A stretch of DNA of 64,000 bases from Atractiella rhizophila (Eukaryota): the NCBI GenBank assembly GCA_021432655.1, contig MU271326.1, positions 1 through 64,000 on the forward strand, written 5' to 3'. A program made the position numbers and the translations under genes. The first letter of the stretch is position 1. Every line of letters starts with the position of its first letter. Shown here in pieces: positions 26,501 through 37,513 of this stretch. Under the pieces are notes generated by a model. It did not search any database. It worked only from the letters and a program-made list of their open reading frames with translations, and was not told where the DNA came from.

Positions 26501-26877
26501 CGCTAATGAGAGGACAGCTTATCGCTCAGATCAGACCCATTCTTCCGCAAATCATGTGTACTCCTCACGGCAAGAGGATTCAAAGAAAGATTTCCCGTGA
26601 CAGCAACGGCGGCGTGAATGGAGGCGGAGGATTCCGTCACCATGCTCGCAAATACGTAACGCCTACTGAAGGACTTGGTGGCCTCTCTCTTCCCATTCAC
26701 CAGCTCGTCTCGAGCCATCGTCTTCCCAACTCCTGCTCGCCCCTATACGTCTTTGCGGGTGGTCACCAACATAATCACCCCGTCACCAGTGTTCTTGGGT
26801 TCTCGAATAAGACAGCAGGGAGGATTGGGAAGATTAAAGACAACAAGTTACGTCCAGATTTTTCACTTCCGAACTGA
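23573..26877 (+). pseudogene. Pumilio/PUF RNA-binding protein, Puf4/Mpt5-like, with 8 PUF repeats at ~25400-26600; frameshift and disrupted last exon as assembled
   Basis: Repeat signatures CRYLQ, NYLAQ, ARVVQ, NHVVQ, CSIVQ, NYTVQ, SNVIE, NYVCQ and TPHGKRIQRKI. An extra A at ~25872 breaks PEDNQ|FIY. 5' exons uncertain. The native 3' end appears displaced to 30234-30303. Confidence 0.85.
26729..26810 (+). repeat. 82-bp direct repeat, copy 1
   Basis: Identical to 30152-30233 (ACTCCTGCTCGCCCC...GGGTTCTCGAATAA). Confidence 0.97.
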
Positions 26878-27246
26878 GGCACCTTTTGCAGGAACCCAAC
26901 GCACGACGGAGGTCGGAACTCATTTCACCTACACACGGGTCCCCAAGGAGGAACACAATCTGCCATTCAGCATCTTCTAAGCATAATTTACCTCACACAA
27001 ATAGCCATCGCGATTCAGTAACCCCCCACTCGGTCTTACTTCCACCAGTACCATAACATTATAAGGGGATTGTTAGGGGCCTTTTTCTTTACACATTACA
27101 TGCATACTTCGCTTAGTTAACCCATTCATGGCCAATTTCACCTCGTAAACCGTGTTTCTTTTCAATAATGTGATATCCCCCAGAATGTAGAGCTACGTTG
27201 ACTATAGTCTGACAGCTCTGAAATATGATCACAACAACAACAACAA
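26811..27246 (+). mobile_element. 5'-truncated copy of the LINE (ORF2 end, 3' UTR, CAA tail)
   Basis: Aligns to 14194-14638 with roughly 16 substitutions counted by eye. Confidence 0.97.
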
Positions 27247-27249
27247 GTC

Positions 27250-28680
27250 TTGACTTTTTCCACCAAATTTCAATTCATCAGTCATGTCACGGATCATACA
27301 TTGCATTCATGACAAGTCATGATTCTCAGGTGATTATCATGAGACTTCATGATTCAGTCATGAAGCAGGGCAGGAAAGAGTAGTTCTGATTGGTTTGTAT
27401 GTGTGTATATGTCTACTTTGTCTTAAAGTAATCAACAAGCTCTTTGTCTGTCCCAGAAAGCAATCCAGCATCATAGCAGGTGCCTAAAGCCATAGCAGCA
27501 CGCAATGAATCTTGTGATAGATTGTGCCGGAGGCCGGTGATCTGAAGTCCTCCCGCACTGAAAGCGCGTTCCGCATCGGTACTGGTCACTAAGGAAGGGT
27601 CACCAGAAGGCAAGGAGTAAGGAAATGGTACACACCAGGGCAGGAGAGCACAGCTATTGCTAGCTTCGCAAGATTAGGATACCGGCTTCCTTGCCGTTCC
27701 CCATTCCACCAAGCCAGTACATCGAAGTCCTTGCATGTCTTCTCCAGGTCAGCTTCCAAGTACCGCCTGATCTCATCATATTCCGCTGGTAATCTTTTTG
27801 ATATGCAAACCGTTCTTCCGCATCAGAGTCCTCCTCATCCAGCAGATCAGTTACAACTATGGTCTCTGTGGAAGGAGTAGGATGGTAGATCTTGAACTCC
27901 TCATATAGCAATGCCCGAATATCTTGAATCCAGGAGGTGAGCCACACTGTGTGTTCGTAGTACTTAAGTTTGTGGTAAGGGTGGAGTACTAGAAGTTCAC
28001 ATCAGCTCAGTAATAATAACCAAGAGAGAGGAACCCATTGCCAACTTATACATGCTTGTCTCCTGACAAGCTTTTGAATAGTATTTATTAAGAACTGCAA
28101 TCGCGCGACAAGCACCCAACAGAATAAACAGATTCGCATTTCGGTTAAGCTTGATGTTGCGAAGGTTATGGTCAAACTTATCAAGATAAGGGATTACATC
28201 GGTAAGGAGCACCCGTTTCTTGGTAGATAGCTTGACTGTGGCTTGATAGAAAGGCTGCAGTCCAGGCTCAGATCTTGCACAGATTAAATCGAAGGAATTG
28301 ATAAACCTTGAGAACATCCTGCAATTCACCTAGGACTTTCCATTCAGGTTCCATCACTTCATACTTCTTAAGTTTGAATGAGCTCTGTTCTGTAAGACCA
28401 TCGAAAGCTTGTCGGAGCAGGAGAGCTCGTTCAAGGCAGAGGAAGAGACTGTTCCACCAGGTGACAACATCTCGGATGGGAAGTCGCGCATCTGTGAGGT
28501 CCTTGTAAATCATTCCACAAGACGCTGAAATTCCATCTTCATCAAGCTGCCATTAACAATCTTGTGAGACAGTTCCCAAATCTGCAATGTCTTAAGCAAA
28601 AGAATACATGGAACATGTGGCATGTTAAACCTTGGCATTGACAGACATTCCTAGAATAAGGACAGACAGAATGAATCAAA
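27250..28680 (-). mobile_element. hAT transposase C-terminal remnant with TCATGA-rich subterminal repeats
   Basis: LPIRDVVTWWNSL, EWKVLGELQDVLK, VLNKYYSK, STDAERAFSAGG...RHNLS; TCATG/TCATGA motifs clustered at 27280-27365. Confidence 0.88.
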
Positions 28681-28819
28681 GCTCTAAATGCCGGGATGGT
28701 GAAGGGATTGATGAGCGAGAAAGGAAGGGAAATAGAAGGTTGCTCCCAAGACAGTGAAAGAGATGATGGCGTGAGCCTTTAAGAAGCGTCCAGTCGAGGA
28801 CGCAATTACCGAAACTGGC

Positions 28820-30151
28820 TTAGGGGAGACGGGGTGGGATTTTACACTGAAAATGAGTCCCGGAACCCTTCTGCTCGGTACCTGGTGTGGAACGAATGGG
28901 GTCATCCTCTCCCAGCAGAAGGGAGGCAGAAAGAGAAGAGTTTTCTGAGTCGGCTTTCGTCGCTTCGACTGTTGGCTCAGAAGGCTCATACAAGTCCCAC
29001 ATAATGTAGTCCATCCCAATCGCAGAGACACCTCGAAAGTACCCTAAATCAATATTGAAAAATTGATCCATCATGCGGCAAGAAAACTAACGTGGGCTCG
29101 AGTAGTACCAGACAATACAACCTTGGATCATGTACTCGATATACTTGTTGTATTTCGCGACTGCGGCATCTACCTTTGGATCCCAGGTCGGTAACTGCTT
29201 CTTCAGGTTCAGATAGTCCTGGACCCGCTGAGCAGTCATGTCCACAAGCATGTCAAGCGCCGTCTGCAGGTCGACTTTATGCTCCGCCATAATGATGAAG
29301 ACGAGATTCTGGTAGTCCCCATCTGCTTGTTCCTTGTTGAAGGAGCAGAGATCATTAGGCCAAGTAAGAATGTCGTCGGTCGCATCCGACATCGCCTTCA
29401 TGACAGGATGCTCGAAGACATAATCGGGCACGTCCAGGTCGACAGAATACTCGGTGATAGTTTTTACGAGACTTGAGCCGATGGTCGCTCGTCGCATCAG
29501 GATGAACTCTTGGACAGAGTAGAGTCGCTCCTCCTGACGCAGGGTGCCTTGTTCCATGTGCGAGTTGCTGTGAAGGTAATAAGACTCGATGAATCTGCGG
29601 ACGGCTCCCGGACTCGCTGTCTTCTTCATGCGGCGTAACAAGTTGAGCGGATATTAGGGATGAGACGGCAACAGAAAGAGAACGCACTGCCAAAGCATCG
29701 AAGCATAGGGGTACTCAGGTTCAGGGCCGTCTAGTTTATTGATGATGCTCCGTTGGATCATATGCCCTAGAAATGACCTGTAAACACCTCTGTAGGGTGT
29801 CGAGTTGGCACCTACTCTTCTCAACTTCCTCTGGACGATTTGCCAGCTCGCCTTCCTCCGCAAGGTCATCGGCCTGTGTACCATTCAGAATACGGAAACG
29901 AAAGGCTCTCGCTGGGAAGCCGCTCACCGCAAATGCCCAGAAGTAAAACATTAGACAAGTTTCGAGATGCTCAAGATCACAGTCGGGAAAGCTGATTCCG
30001 GCAAAAAAGTCGAACTGGCTTGCCAAAAACTTTTGTTTTTCCTTCTCGTCGTACATTGTATACCTGTTTACTATAGTTTAGGCGGATCAGAACTGGACGG
30101 GAGCAACGCACTTGGAAAACCACTTCGTCATTGTCTTGCTAGCCTCTGGGT
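28820..30151 (-). CDS. Fungal class I sesquiterpene synthase, intron-containing, lacking its native N-terminus
   Basis: Spliced motifs FPDCDLEHL, FYFWAFA|ADDLAEEG (Asp-rich), RRATIG, WPNDLCSFNKEQ (NSE), WYYSSPR|YF; four GT-AG introns of ~50 nt. Coding similarity stops at the 82-bp repeat junction; the C-terminal frame is uncertain. Confidence 0.92.
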
Positions 30152-30303
30152 ACTCCTGCTCGCCCCTATACGTCTTTGCGGGTGGTCACCAACATAATCA
30201 CCCCGTCACCAGTGTTCTTGGGTTCTCGAATAACGTTGCCGGAGTCAATCTTAACGGCCTCAATTGTCCCAACCTCAACAGTCACAGTTATCCGTTCTTT
30301 TAA
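30152..30303 (+). repeat. 82-bp direct repeat copy 2, followed by the displaced native 3' end of the PUF ORF
   Basis: The PUF frame continues GFSNNVAGVNLNGLNCPNLNSHSYPFF-stop (30303). Confidence 0.85.
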
Positions 30304-31404
30304 AAGGTGTCAGTGCTCGGAATGGCACCTCTATCCCCAACGCGACGGTACATTTCTCCTTTCCGCTACCACCGATTGGAGTGACCGAATGAAATTGTCG
30401 AATTGCCTTGTGCGCATGGGTTGCTGTCCGTAACCTAATAGCTTGATTTGGACACTTCAACCTTTCGCTGGTCGAGCGAATCGGTTTTGATAATGGATAT
30501 TTGTTATTACGGATTGGAATGAATACATATTCACGCGTTTACCTGCCTTATGTACTTGCAAAGAAGGAACATATAAGGAGCATAGAAATATAAAAACGAG
30601 AACAAAAGAATGTTATTCAGAACAAATGCCATCCAAGCGAGATCAAGCCTCACGCAAGTCGTCTCGCTTCGCCCCTCACTTCCTGGAATTGTGGCGCAAC
30701 AAGTTTGCCCAACGACGTGCTGTACATGTTTGAATACTTACCAAATTCCGACTGGCAACACAAAATCGAAACAGGAGACCCGTCATGGCAAACTGGTCAC
30801 CGCGAGGGTTATGCGGCCGCAAAGAGAAAAAAGTTTTGCGCTCTGATTTTGAGGAGATTTGTGGTGCACTTAACTTTTGGACCAGTTTTAACGCCGACGG
30901 ACGCCGACCCTCGGGGCGACAGGTTGCTACATTCACTGTAAAAAGAGACTGAACGATTTTCCGTCCGCGAACCTTACCTCCCCGGCCCGAAATTCCCCGC
31001 CGCGGAGTTAATTATATCCGTCGTGTGACTAGATATCAACGGTGCGAGGCTCTAGTCGAATAGAAGAATTACACTGACAAATCATTCAAAGTAGAAAGTC
31101 GAGGTCTGGTTGCACACTTTTGATGCTCGGACAGACGACCCAACCTTCGTTGTGGAGCTGTCACAAAGCGTTTCCAGACCAGGTTGCCATCGACGCCACG
31201 TGCAGGGTGAAATCGGAGCATCGCAGGAAGCGAGAGACAGAGATGGTGAAGGAAATGGTATTAGCGGTGCAATACAAGAAGGAGGGGTAGGTTGACTGGA
31301 GCTGGGAGGCATTCATGCTATGATAGTACTTCAGCTCCAGCGGGGGTTCGATTGATCAAACGTCGCCCAGGAAAGGCCTTCAACACCAGCACCCTTTACT
31401 ATGT

Positions 31405-31946
31405 ACGACGAAAGAAAGAAGCTGAGGGTTAGACTAAGGAGGAAGGACATTCAGTTCATATCTCTCAGTGATCTGTTGAGCAACCCGGAGGTTTCGGCCG
31501 TGTGGGAATTTGTGAGGAGGAGTGGGAAATTTGCGATTTGGATCAAAGGGCTCAATGGTTTCTGGATAGGAGGAAGGGGGACAGGATGAAGAAGGGGAAA
31601 GGAAAAGAGGAGGAAGAATGGGAAGAATGGGAAGAATGGGAGGACTACATTTTACCACGAGGCTTCAACACAATTCGGATGCTACCAATATTTCCACCTA
31701 GCCATCGCAACTTAGCACAACCCTCACTTGCAATCACACATCATGTCATGCAATCACTCAATGGAGACCCTTCCTTATTTCTTATCTACTTTCAGTATTG
31801 ACTTCTAGTGGATATCCCTACCTCACGCTTAAGTTCCAAGGGCTGATATTTTTCATTACACTTTGATCACTTCCCCAAATGTAGAGCTCCATTGACTATA
31901 GTCTGTATGCTCTGTAATACGATTACAACAACAATAACAACAACAA
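31405..31946 (+). mobile_element. 5'-truncated LINE of a related, diverged subfamily
   Basis: ERKKLRVRLRRKDIQFISLSDLLSNPE..AVWEFVRRSGKF parallels the ORF2 C-terminus; shares the GACTATAGTC 3' motif and CAA tail. Confidence 0.9.
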
Positions 31947-32109
31947 GGACATGAGTAACAAAGGGAGAGACATACGCTTGAAGGGACGGAGTCAAAAACC
32001 AAAGGCCCGAAGACCCGGATAAAGAAAAGCTGTCCTAATAACCAACAGGAAGCTCGTCAGAACCCATAAATAAGAATAAAAAGCAAAAAAGACGCAGCTA
32101 TCGACATCG

Positions 32110-32565
32110 TTACCCCTGACCATCATCCGGAGGACATGTCTTGTGCCTTTTCCTCGGAATCATAACCGCCACTCTCTTAACACCAGGAATACTCTCCAAC
32201 GTCTTCTTGCAATCAAGAGTTTCCTCATCTGGGGGATTTATCGTCGGCTTCGAGAGGTAATAAAGGTGTTCATTATCAAGTTGCCCGACAAGTCCAACAT
32301 ATGTGAGTATCTCGGAAAGGGCAGACGAACTCGAAGACATCGAAGGATGCATTGAGTGGGTAAGTTCCTTGCTCATCCTCTGGGGAGAAAGGTCGTTAAC
32401 GCTGGAGTCATCAGATATGTCTGCAGATGGTTGAGGCCCATGGGGTCGGTATGGCTCCTGGGAATCGGCGATGACGGAAAACGCCAGAGGTTGATAACTT
32501 CGATTGGAGGAGACGTGAAGATAAGTGTTCTCGTTGTACTTGAGAGCGATTGGCGGATTGGACAT
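32110..32565 (-). CDS. Small hypothetical protein (~151 aa) resembling a kexin/subtilase pro-domain
   Basis: Intronless ORF; YVGLVGQLDNEHLY and VKRVAVMIPRKRHK recall kexin propeptide segments (recalled similarity, not searched). Confidence 0.5.
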   Translation of the reverse strand: MSNPPIALKYNENTYLHVSSNRSYQPLAFSVIADSQEPYRPHGPQPSADISDDSSVNDLSPQRMSKELTHSMHPSMSSSSSALSEILTYVGLVGQLDNEHLYYLSKPTINPPDEETLDCKKTLESIPGVKRVAVMIPRKRHKTCPPDDGQG

Positions 32566-33228
32566 CTTTGACGTGCTTTTGACAGTCGCCCGCAAGTGTT
32601 CATAGTTTGTGCTGAAAATTTGAAGGTCCCTTAACCTTTTTGTCTGCGGCTATCGCTCCAGGGTCGGACCGTCTACAGCGATCATGTTTCAAAATTAAAT
32701 CAACAGTGAATTTTTCATAGGAGGAGCAGAGGGATATCACTGTAAATGTAGTTTCCCATCAGTAAAATGTCCTTTCTCCTCAATTCTCCGCCCAGAGGGG
32801 CCAGGAGGAAGTGTTCACCGGCACTGCTTTACCTTACTACACTTTACGCTTTACCTTATTTTTGTTGATTTTGGGTTGAAATGTTCATAATATTATCCAA
32901 AATAATCATCAGCCAATCCAATGTGTATGGCCATCCTTGTGTACGGGTACGGAACTGGCGGCTATTTGCCACCTCCAAAGCTCTACGGATACTGCATTTT
33001 CCCATGCGATATGGCCATAACATATGTGTACGGATATAGGTGGCAGCGGTGTCCCCCACTTCCATTTTCGCTGTGTTTCATTACTAAATGCGCATTCCCA
33101 GCTCTTCAACAATACACCACTCGACGCCACGACATACCTCCCTCCCACCATCATGTCGGTTAAGAAGCATTTGTCAGAGCCAGGTCAACCCACCTTACCT
33201 TCGCTACAATCATCATTCTGAACAAGAC

Positions 33229-33392
33229 TGATGAAATTTACAAGTTCATGGTATTACAATAAAGAATCTTGTGCTTTTATACCTTTACAGTAAGTGGCAA
33301 ACATTGGTAAGCATGGAAGTCCAGAACGTTCAAGAAAAACAGCCACAGAACAGGTGGCAATGAATGACGCTCAACGCGCCAAAATCCTGACA
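33229..33392. mobile_element. 164-bp solo LTR
   Basis: TG...CA ends, perfect 5-bp TSD AAGAC; similar to 47161-47325. Confidence 0.85.
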
Positions 33393-34207
33393 AAGACGGT
33401 GGGAAAAGCATGAGAGAGGGTTTGGATTATGTGTCTGAGCAGCTGTTCATACCACTCTATGCAAGCAAAGGAGAATAACACCCATGTATGGGCCTACGCA
33501 GTTTCTGGCAATATGTGTGTGTTTAGTAACCAGAAGTTAAATTCTGTTTCTTAGATGTAATGTATTAGACATTCACTACAAACCCTAAGCTCCAATTCTG
33601 TCGTGTTGAGGGTTGAAAGTACGTTGAAAGCTCAGAGCCTGCCGAAATGAAATCAGGGAAAGTAACGACTCTCAGGATTTCCAAACTCAAAAACCTTAAA
33701 GGTGGTATGTTCTGACTAATGTGTGAGCGCTGCAAGCGCAAGCCACCGAGGTAAGAAAGTGTAATCTATTTGAGATACAAGGAAACTACACCTGCAAGCG
33801 CGACTCGCAAAGGAAGGAAGCGTAATATATTCGAGATATAGGAAAAACTACCTTAACCTGCAAGTGCAAGGTCACGAAGTAAGAAAGCGTGAGCATTGCA
33901 CTTGCAGCTACAGTGTTTACGCAGTAAGCAGTCTCTGTGGCAAAAGGAAGATTGCCAGAGTTCCCACAGCGCTGTTCGAGAATGCGTTCCTGCTCGCTCA
34001 AAGAGGAAGAACGCGGAAGGACTCAAATACCGGAAGGAGGATCGCACCATCCCGTCAAACTCCTCGCATCCTACTTTCCGTTCATTCCCATGTAGACGTC
34101 GCTCGATCTAACTTCAAACCTTGAACCCCTTCATAAGCATGTCTGCAGGCAAGTCTTCGTATCATGGACCATAGTTAAGCATTATCCATTCGCATTGCCA
34201 TGTGTGA

Positions 34208-36923
34208 CATCAGCAAATTCCCTGGCCCTATGGGGACCTATCATAGGAACCCTCCATAGAACGTTCCAACGAATCTCATATGGCGCTATGTGGCGCTATG
34301 CACAACTATGGGTGACTCATGCTTACTCGTTTCATGGATGATCCAACTCGGATACAACTTTGACTGAAGTGCGATGCATATGCATCATTTCAAGAGACTA
34401 GCAGGTACCTTGTGTCTTGTCCATGTCTGCATTCTGATTGAGAACCCACAACCTACTGGCGAACCAGAATGACTCACCACATTCTGCCTGATGCTCCCCC
34501 CAGGGGCTCATGCCAAGAGGTAAAAAAACCGAAGTTCAACTTGCCGCAAACTGTCAACGTCGCCTTCAATGATAGGGATGCACAACGGGGCGGGACGGGT
34601 TCGGAACCCATGCCACGTTCCCGTCTTTTTTGGCGTGCGCCTAGCACAAAGGAACCCATCTCTACCGCAAGCATCTTCGACGTGACCTAACAACGTGCGG
34701 CAGGCAAGAGGAGGGCATTACCGTTTTCGTCCGCCAATACGTCAAGCTTCCAACTGTGCCTGCTAGCTGGCGTGGCAGTGTGCCTGGTATGATCAGAAGA
34801 TTGAAGATTTCTCTGTGTCCACGGTGTGTGACGCTGCCTTTCTAATGTAAGTCAAACCACGTCCAGAATATTCTCACCGAACAAGAGCTGACTAGTTCCA
34901 CCAGTGCCTCCCTGATCCCGACCGTTGATAAAAGAGTGCCATGTTCTTTGGACGACTTCGTCTAATTGTCAGTCTTGCAATATAGCCCCATCACAGCCAG
35001 CCAGACAAATCAAATTGGTGGACATGGTGCGGAGGAATAACGAAGAAGGAACGGCAATCAGTGAGAGAGAGAGAAAGAAAGGGGAACAGGAGGTGTATGT
35101 CTATCCATTCTGCCGTCTCCCTGTGCCAATGTTGACTCGATATTTTCTTCATTATAGAAATTCAACCATTCCCGGTTATGATGAGCTGGAAGTCTTAAGG
35201 GCCACCGTTACAACCATATGACGGGACAAAGACTATGTACAGTTGTTTTTCTCTTGCTCTTCTCATCCTGATTTTAACTCAATTACTTGTTGTCTTAGAC
35301 GACTTCGTGGCTTTACAAGACGTGCGAGGGGCTCAGGAAACAACTCTCCAGCAGGGATGAAGATGGTGATTGCCCATTTCATCATTACCAACTACCTTCG
35401 TAAAAGCCAACCACCATCTTCCCACACCTCTTCTCCTTCCGAATCCTTCAAGCACGTTCTAACGTCTGCAGCAACACCACTCACATATTCAGCAAAGCTT
35501 ATGCAGAAGGCAAATCAACGAGCAAAGGTGTTTCACGAGGATGAGGATCGGCAACCGATCCTTTGGTTCAGTCTTCCTCCATTGGACTGGGCGGAGGATC
35601 CATTGGAGATTTATCGTGTGCGGTCGAAAACAGATATGAAGGAGTGGTCTCAGATGGCGAGGGACATCCTCTCTATTCCAGGTCTGTCTTTCGTTACATT
35701 CACCCTTCTCATCACATTAGTGCAAGCTCACAAGACTAATGATTGTTTATTACATGAATGCTGTTCTGTGGCTGTCGAGCGTGTCTTCAGCGGAGCACGC
35801 GACACAATAGGGATCCGCCGTGCACGCCTCAAACCGGACATGATTCAAGCGCTAATGGTCCTTAAGGCTCAATCTGCGATTGGAGAGAGATCGGAAGGCA
35901 AGGGAACTAAAGGCTGCTTTGGCTGTGATTGCAGAAGGGAGCTGAAATGTTTGTGTCGATGTTTATGTCGGAATTCTTTGCTCAGAACTTTTGCTCTTTG
36001 ATTTCTTAAACTCATTCTGTACTTTATTTACATTATTTAGCTCAGTAAGCACAACATTACAAGACGTGAGGCTTAAACCCGTTATGACCCCGTTACGTGT
36101 TCTTTCGACGTGCGGCCCTCACCTTGGATGCCACCTCAACGCAACCGCACGCCTTTACTTGACGTGAAGAAGCTCACGTAGCATCCTCCACCCGTCACGT
36201 TACCGCCCGTTGTGCACCCCTATTCAATGATGTTTGTCACATCAAGTTTACTCTCCCCTTATCCTCCCACCTTCCACCACTCTCGCAGTCCACACATACC
36301 AGTCCAACAACTATAGCTACTTTTCTTGACCTCCAGCAACTCGAGCAGGGAGAGTTGCTCTCACTGTAAGTTCACTCCTTTCTCACTCACATGCCCTTCA
36401 AACAGTCATCGTTATCTAAGTGTGTAATTGGATTAGGGACAAGAAGCATTTATGGTATTGAGGTGAATACTATGTGAAGAGCAAGGGATGGTTTTAAAGT
36501 GAATCCCTTAGTGTGAGGAGGTCAATATCTTTGGCATCCTTGTTCCGTGAATCACTGCAATGGTTCAACCTGCCAGGTCCCGGTGAATGCTTCAATAGAG
36601 TCTTTTTCCGTGACCCTGGACACTTGGTAAGTGTGTGGACGATACAACCGCCCTTTTGATAGTGTGACAACAATGTGTGCATTACTGGAGTATATTTGTG
36701 CAATATAATGATTTTTAAATTTTTAAGTATTTTATAGCATGAGCTTGAGAACAGACCAATGAGACAGTGAGTCACAGGCATTGTGCCATTGTGCAATATG
36801 GCCCATAGGGCAGCCCTTCCTATGGCACTATAGAGGGTCTACCATAGAGCCTAGGTGACAAAATGCATATGAGCTATGATAGGGCTTATAGCACCATAGA
36901 CGCTGCCCAGGAAAGTGCTGATG
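34208..36923. mobile_element. Non-autonomous TIR element with CATCAGCA termini, hosting a nested hAT
   Basis: Left CATCAGCAAATTCCCTGG vs right (reverse complement) CATCAGCACTTTCCTGG; CTATG/CATAG subterminal motifs at both ends; GA on both flanks. Confidence 0.6.
34573..36222 (+). mobile_element. Internally deleted hAT element (1650 bp)
   Basis: TIRs TAGGGATGCACAACGGG / CCCGTTGTGCACCCCTA; perfect 8-bp TSD TTCAATGA; dimerisation motif MARDILSIPG..SVAVERVFSGARDTIGIRRARL. Confidence 0.95.
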
Positions 36924-37079
36924 GATAGTAGAGGATTCGATGTATCTCGTATGTTAGCGTGTAAGAGGGGGTTGTTTTCAGGTTAGCAGGACCTAAGCAC
37001 TTTAAGCCACCTGTACCGTCACCGCCATACTTTCAAATGTTGGAGACGGACAGTCTGACAGACTAAGACCAAATCAGTT

Positions 37080-37340
37080 TCTCTATATCTATTCCCCATC
37101 AGTTCTTGGCATGAGTCATAAGCCGCACTTTTGAGCCCTCACCTCCCTTACCATGCACAATAGAATCAAATAAATTATACCATCATAACTATATGCTTGC
37201 CCCTTTCTGAAGCTGTAAGGAAATTTTATTCTGAACGGGATAAAAAAATGCGTTCATACTGGACTCGAACCCTTACATGAGTCACTGTAAGGTTCAATTC
37301 TGCCCCGTGCGAGCGGGTTAGCCGCCTGAGGAACAACTTG
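37080..37340 (+). mobile_element. Mini (non-autonomous) Helitron
   Basis: 5' TC, 3' CTTG followed by T; shares TCTTGGCATGAGTCATAA..CGCACTTTTGAGC with the copies at 45668 and 59636. Confidence 0.8.
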
Positions 37341-37513
37341 TATCCCTTTAAATTTGTTCCTAGCCACTCTTCCCTTTTGCTTCAGAGCTTCAGCGTCAAT
37401 ACTGCATCGATATTTTCGATTTCCTTGTACCACCAATCACTGCTTCCGCTCACCTGGCGAACACAACGAGCTTTGACCGTACCCCACCTTAAGACTGGTC
37501 AACACTAAAGAAT

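Noticed and set aside
37080..37340. tRNA-derived SINE
   Set aside because: No TSD or LINE-like tail; the TC/CTTG ends and the A|T insertion of sister copies fit a Helitron.
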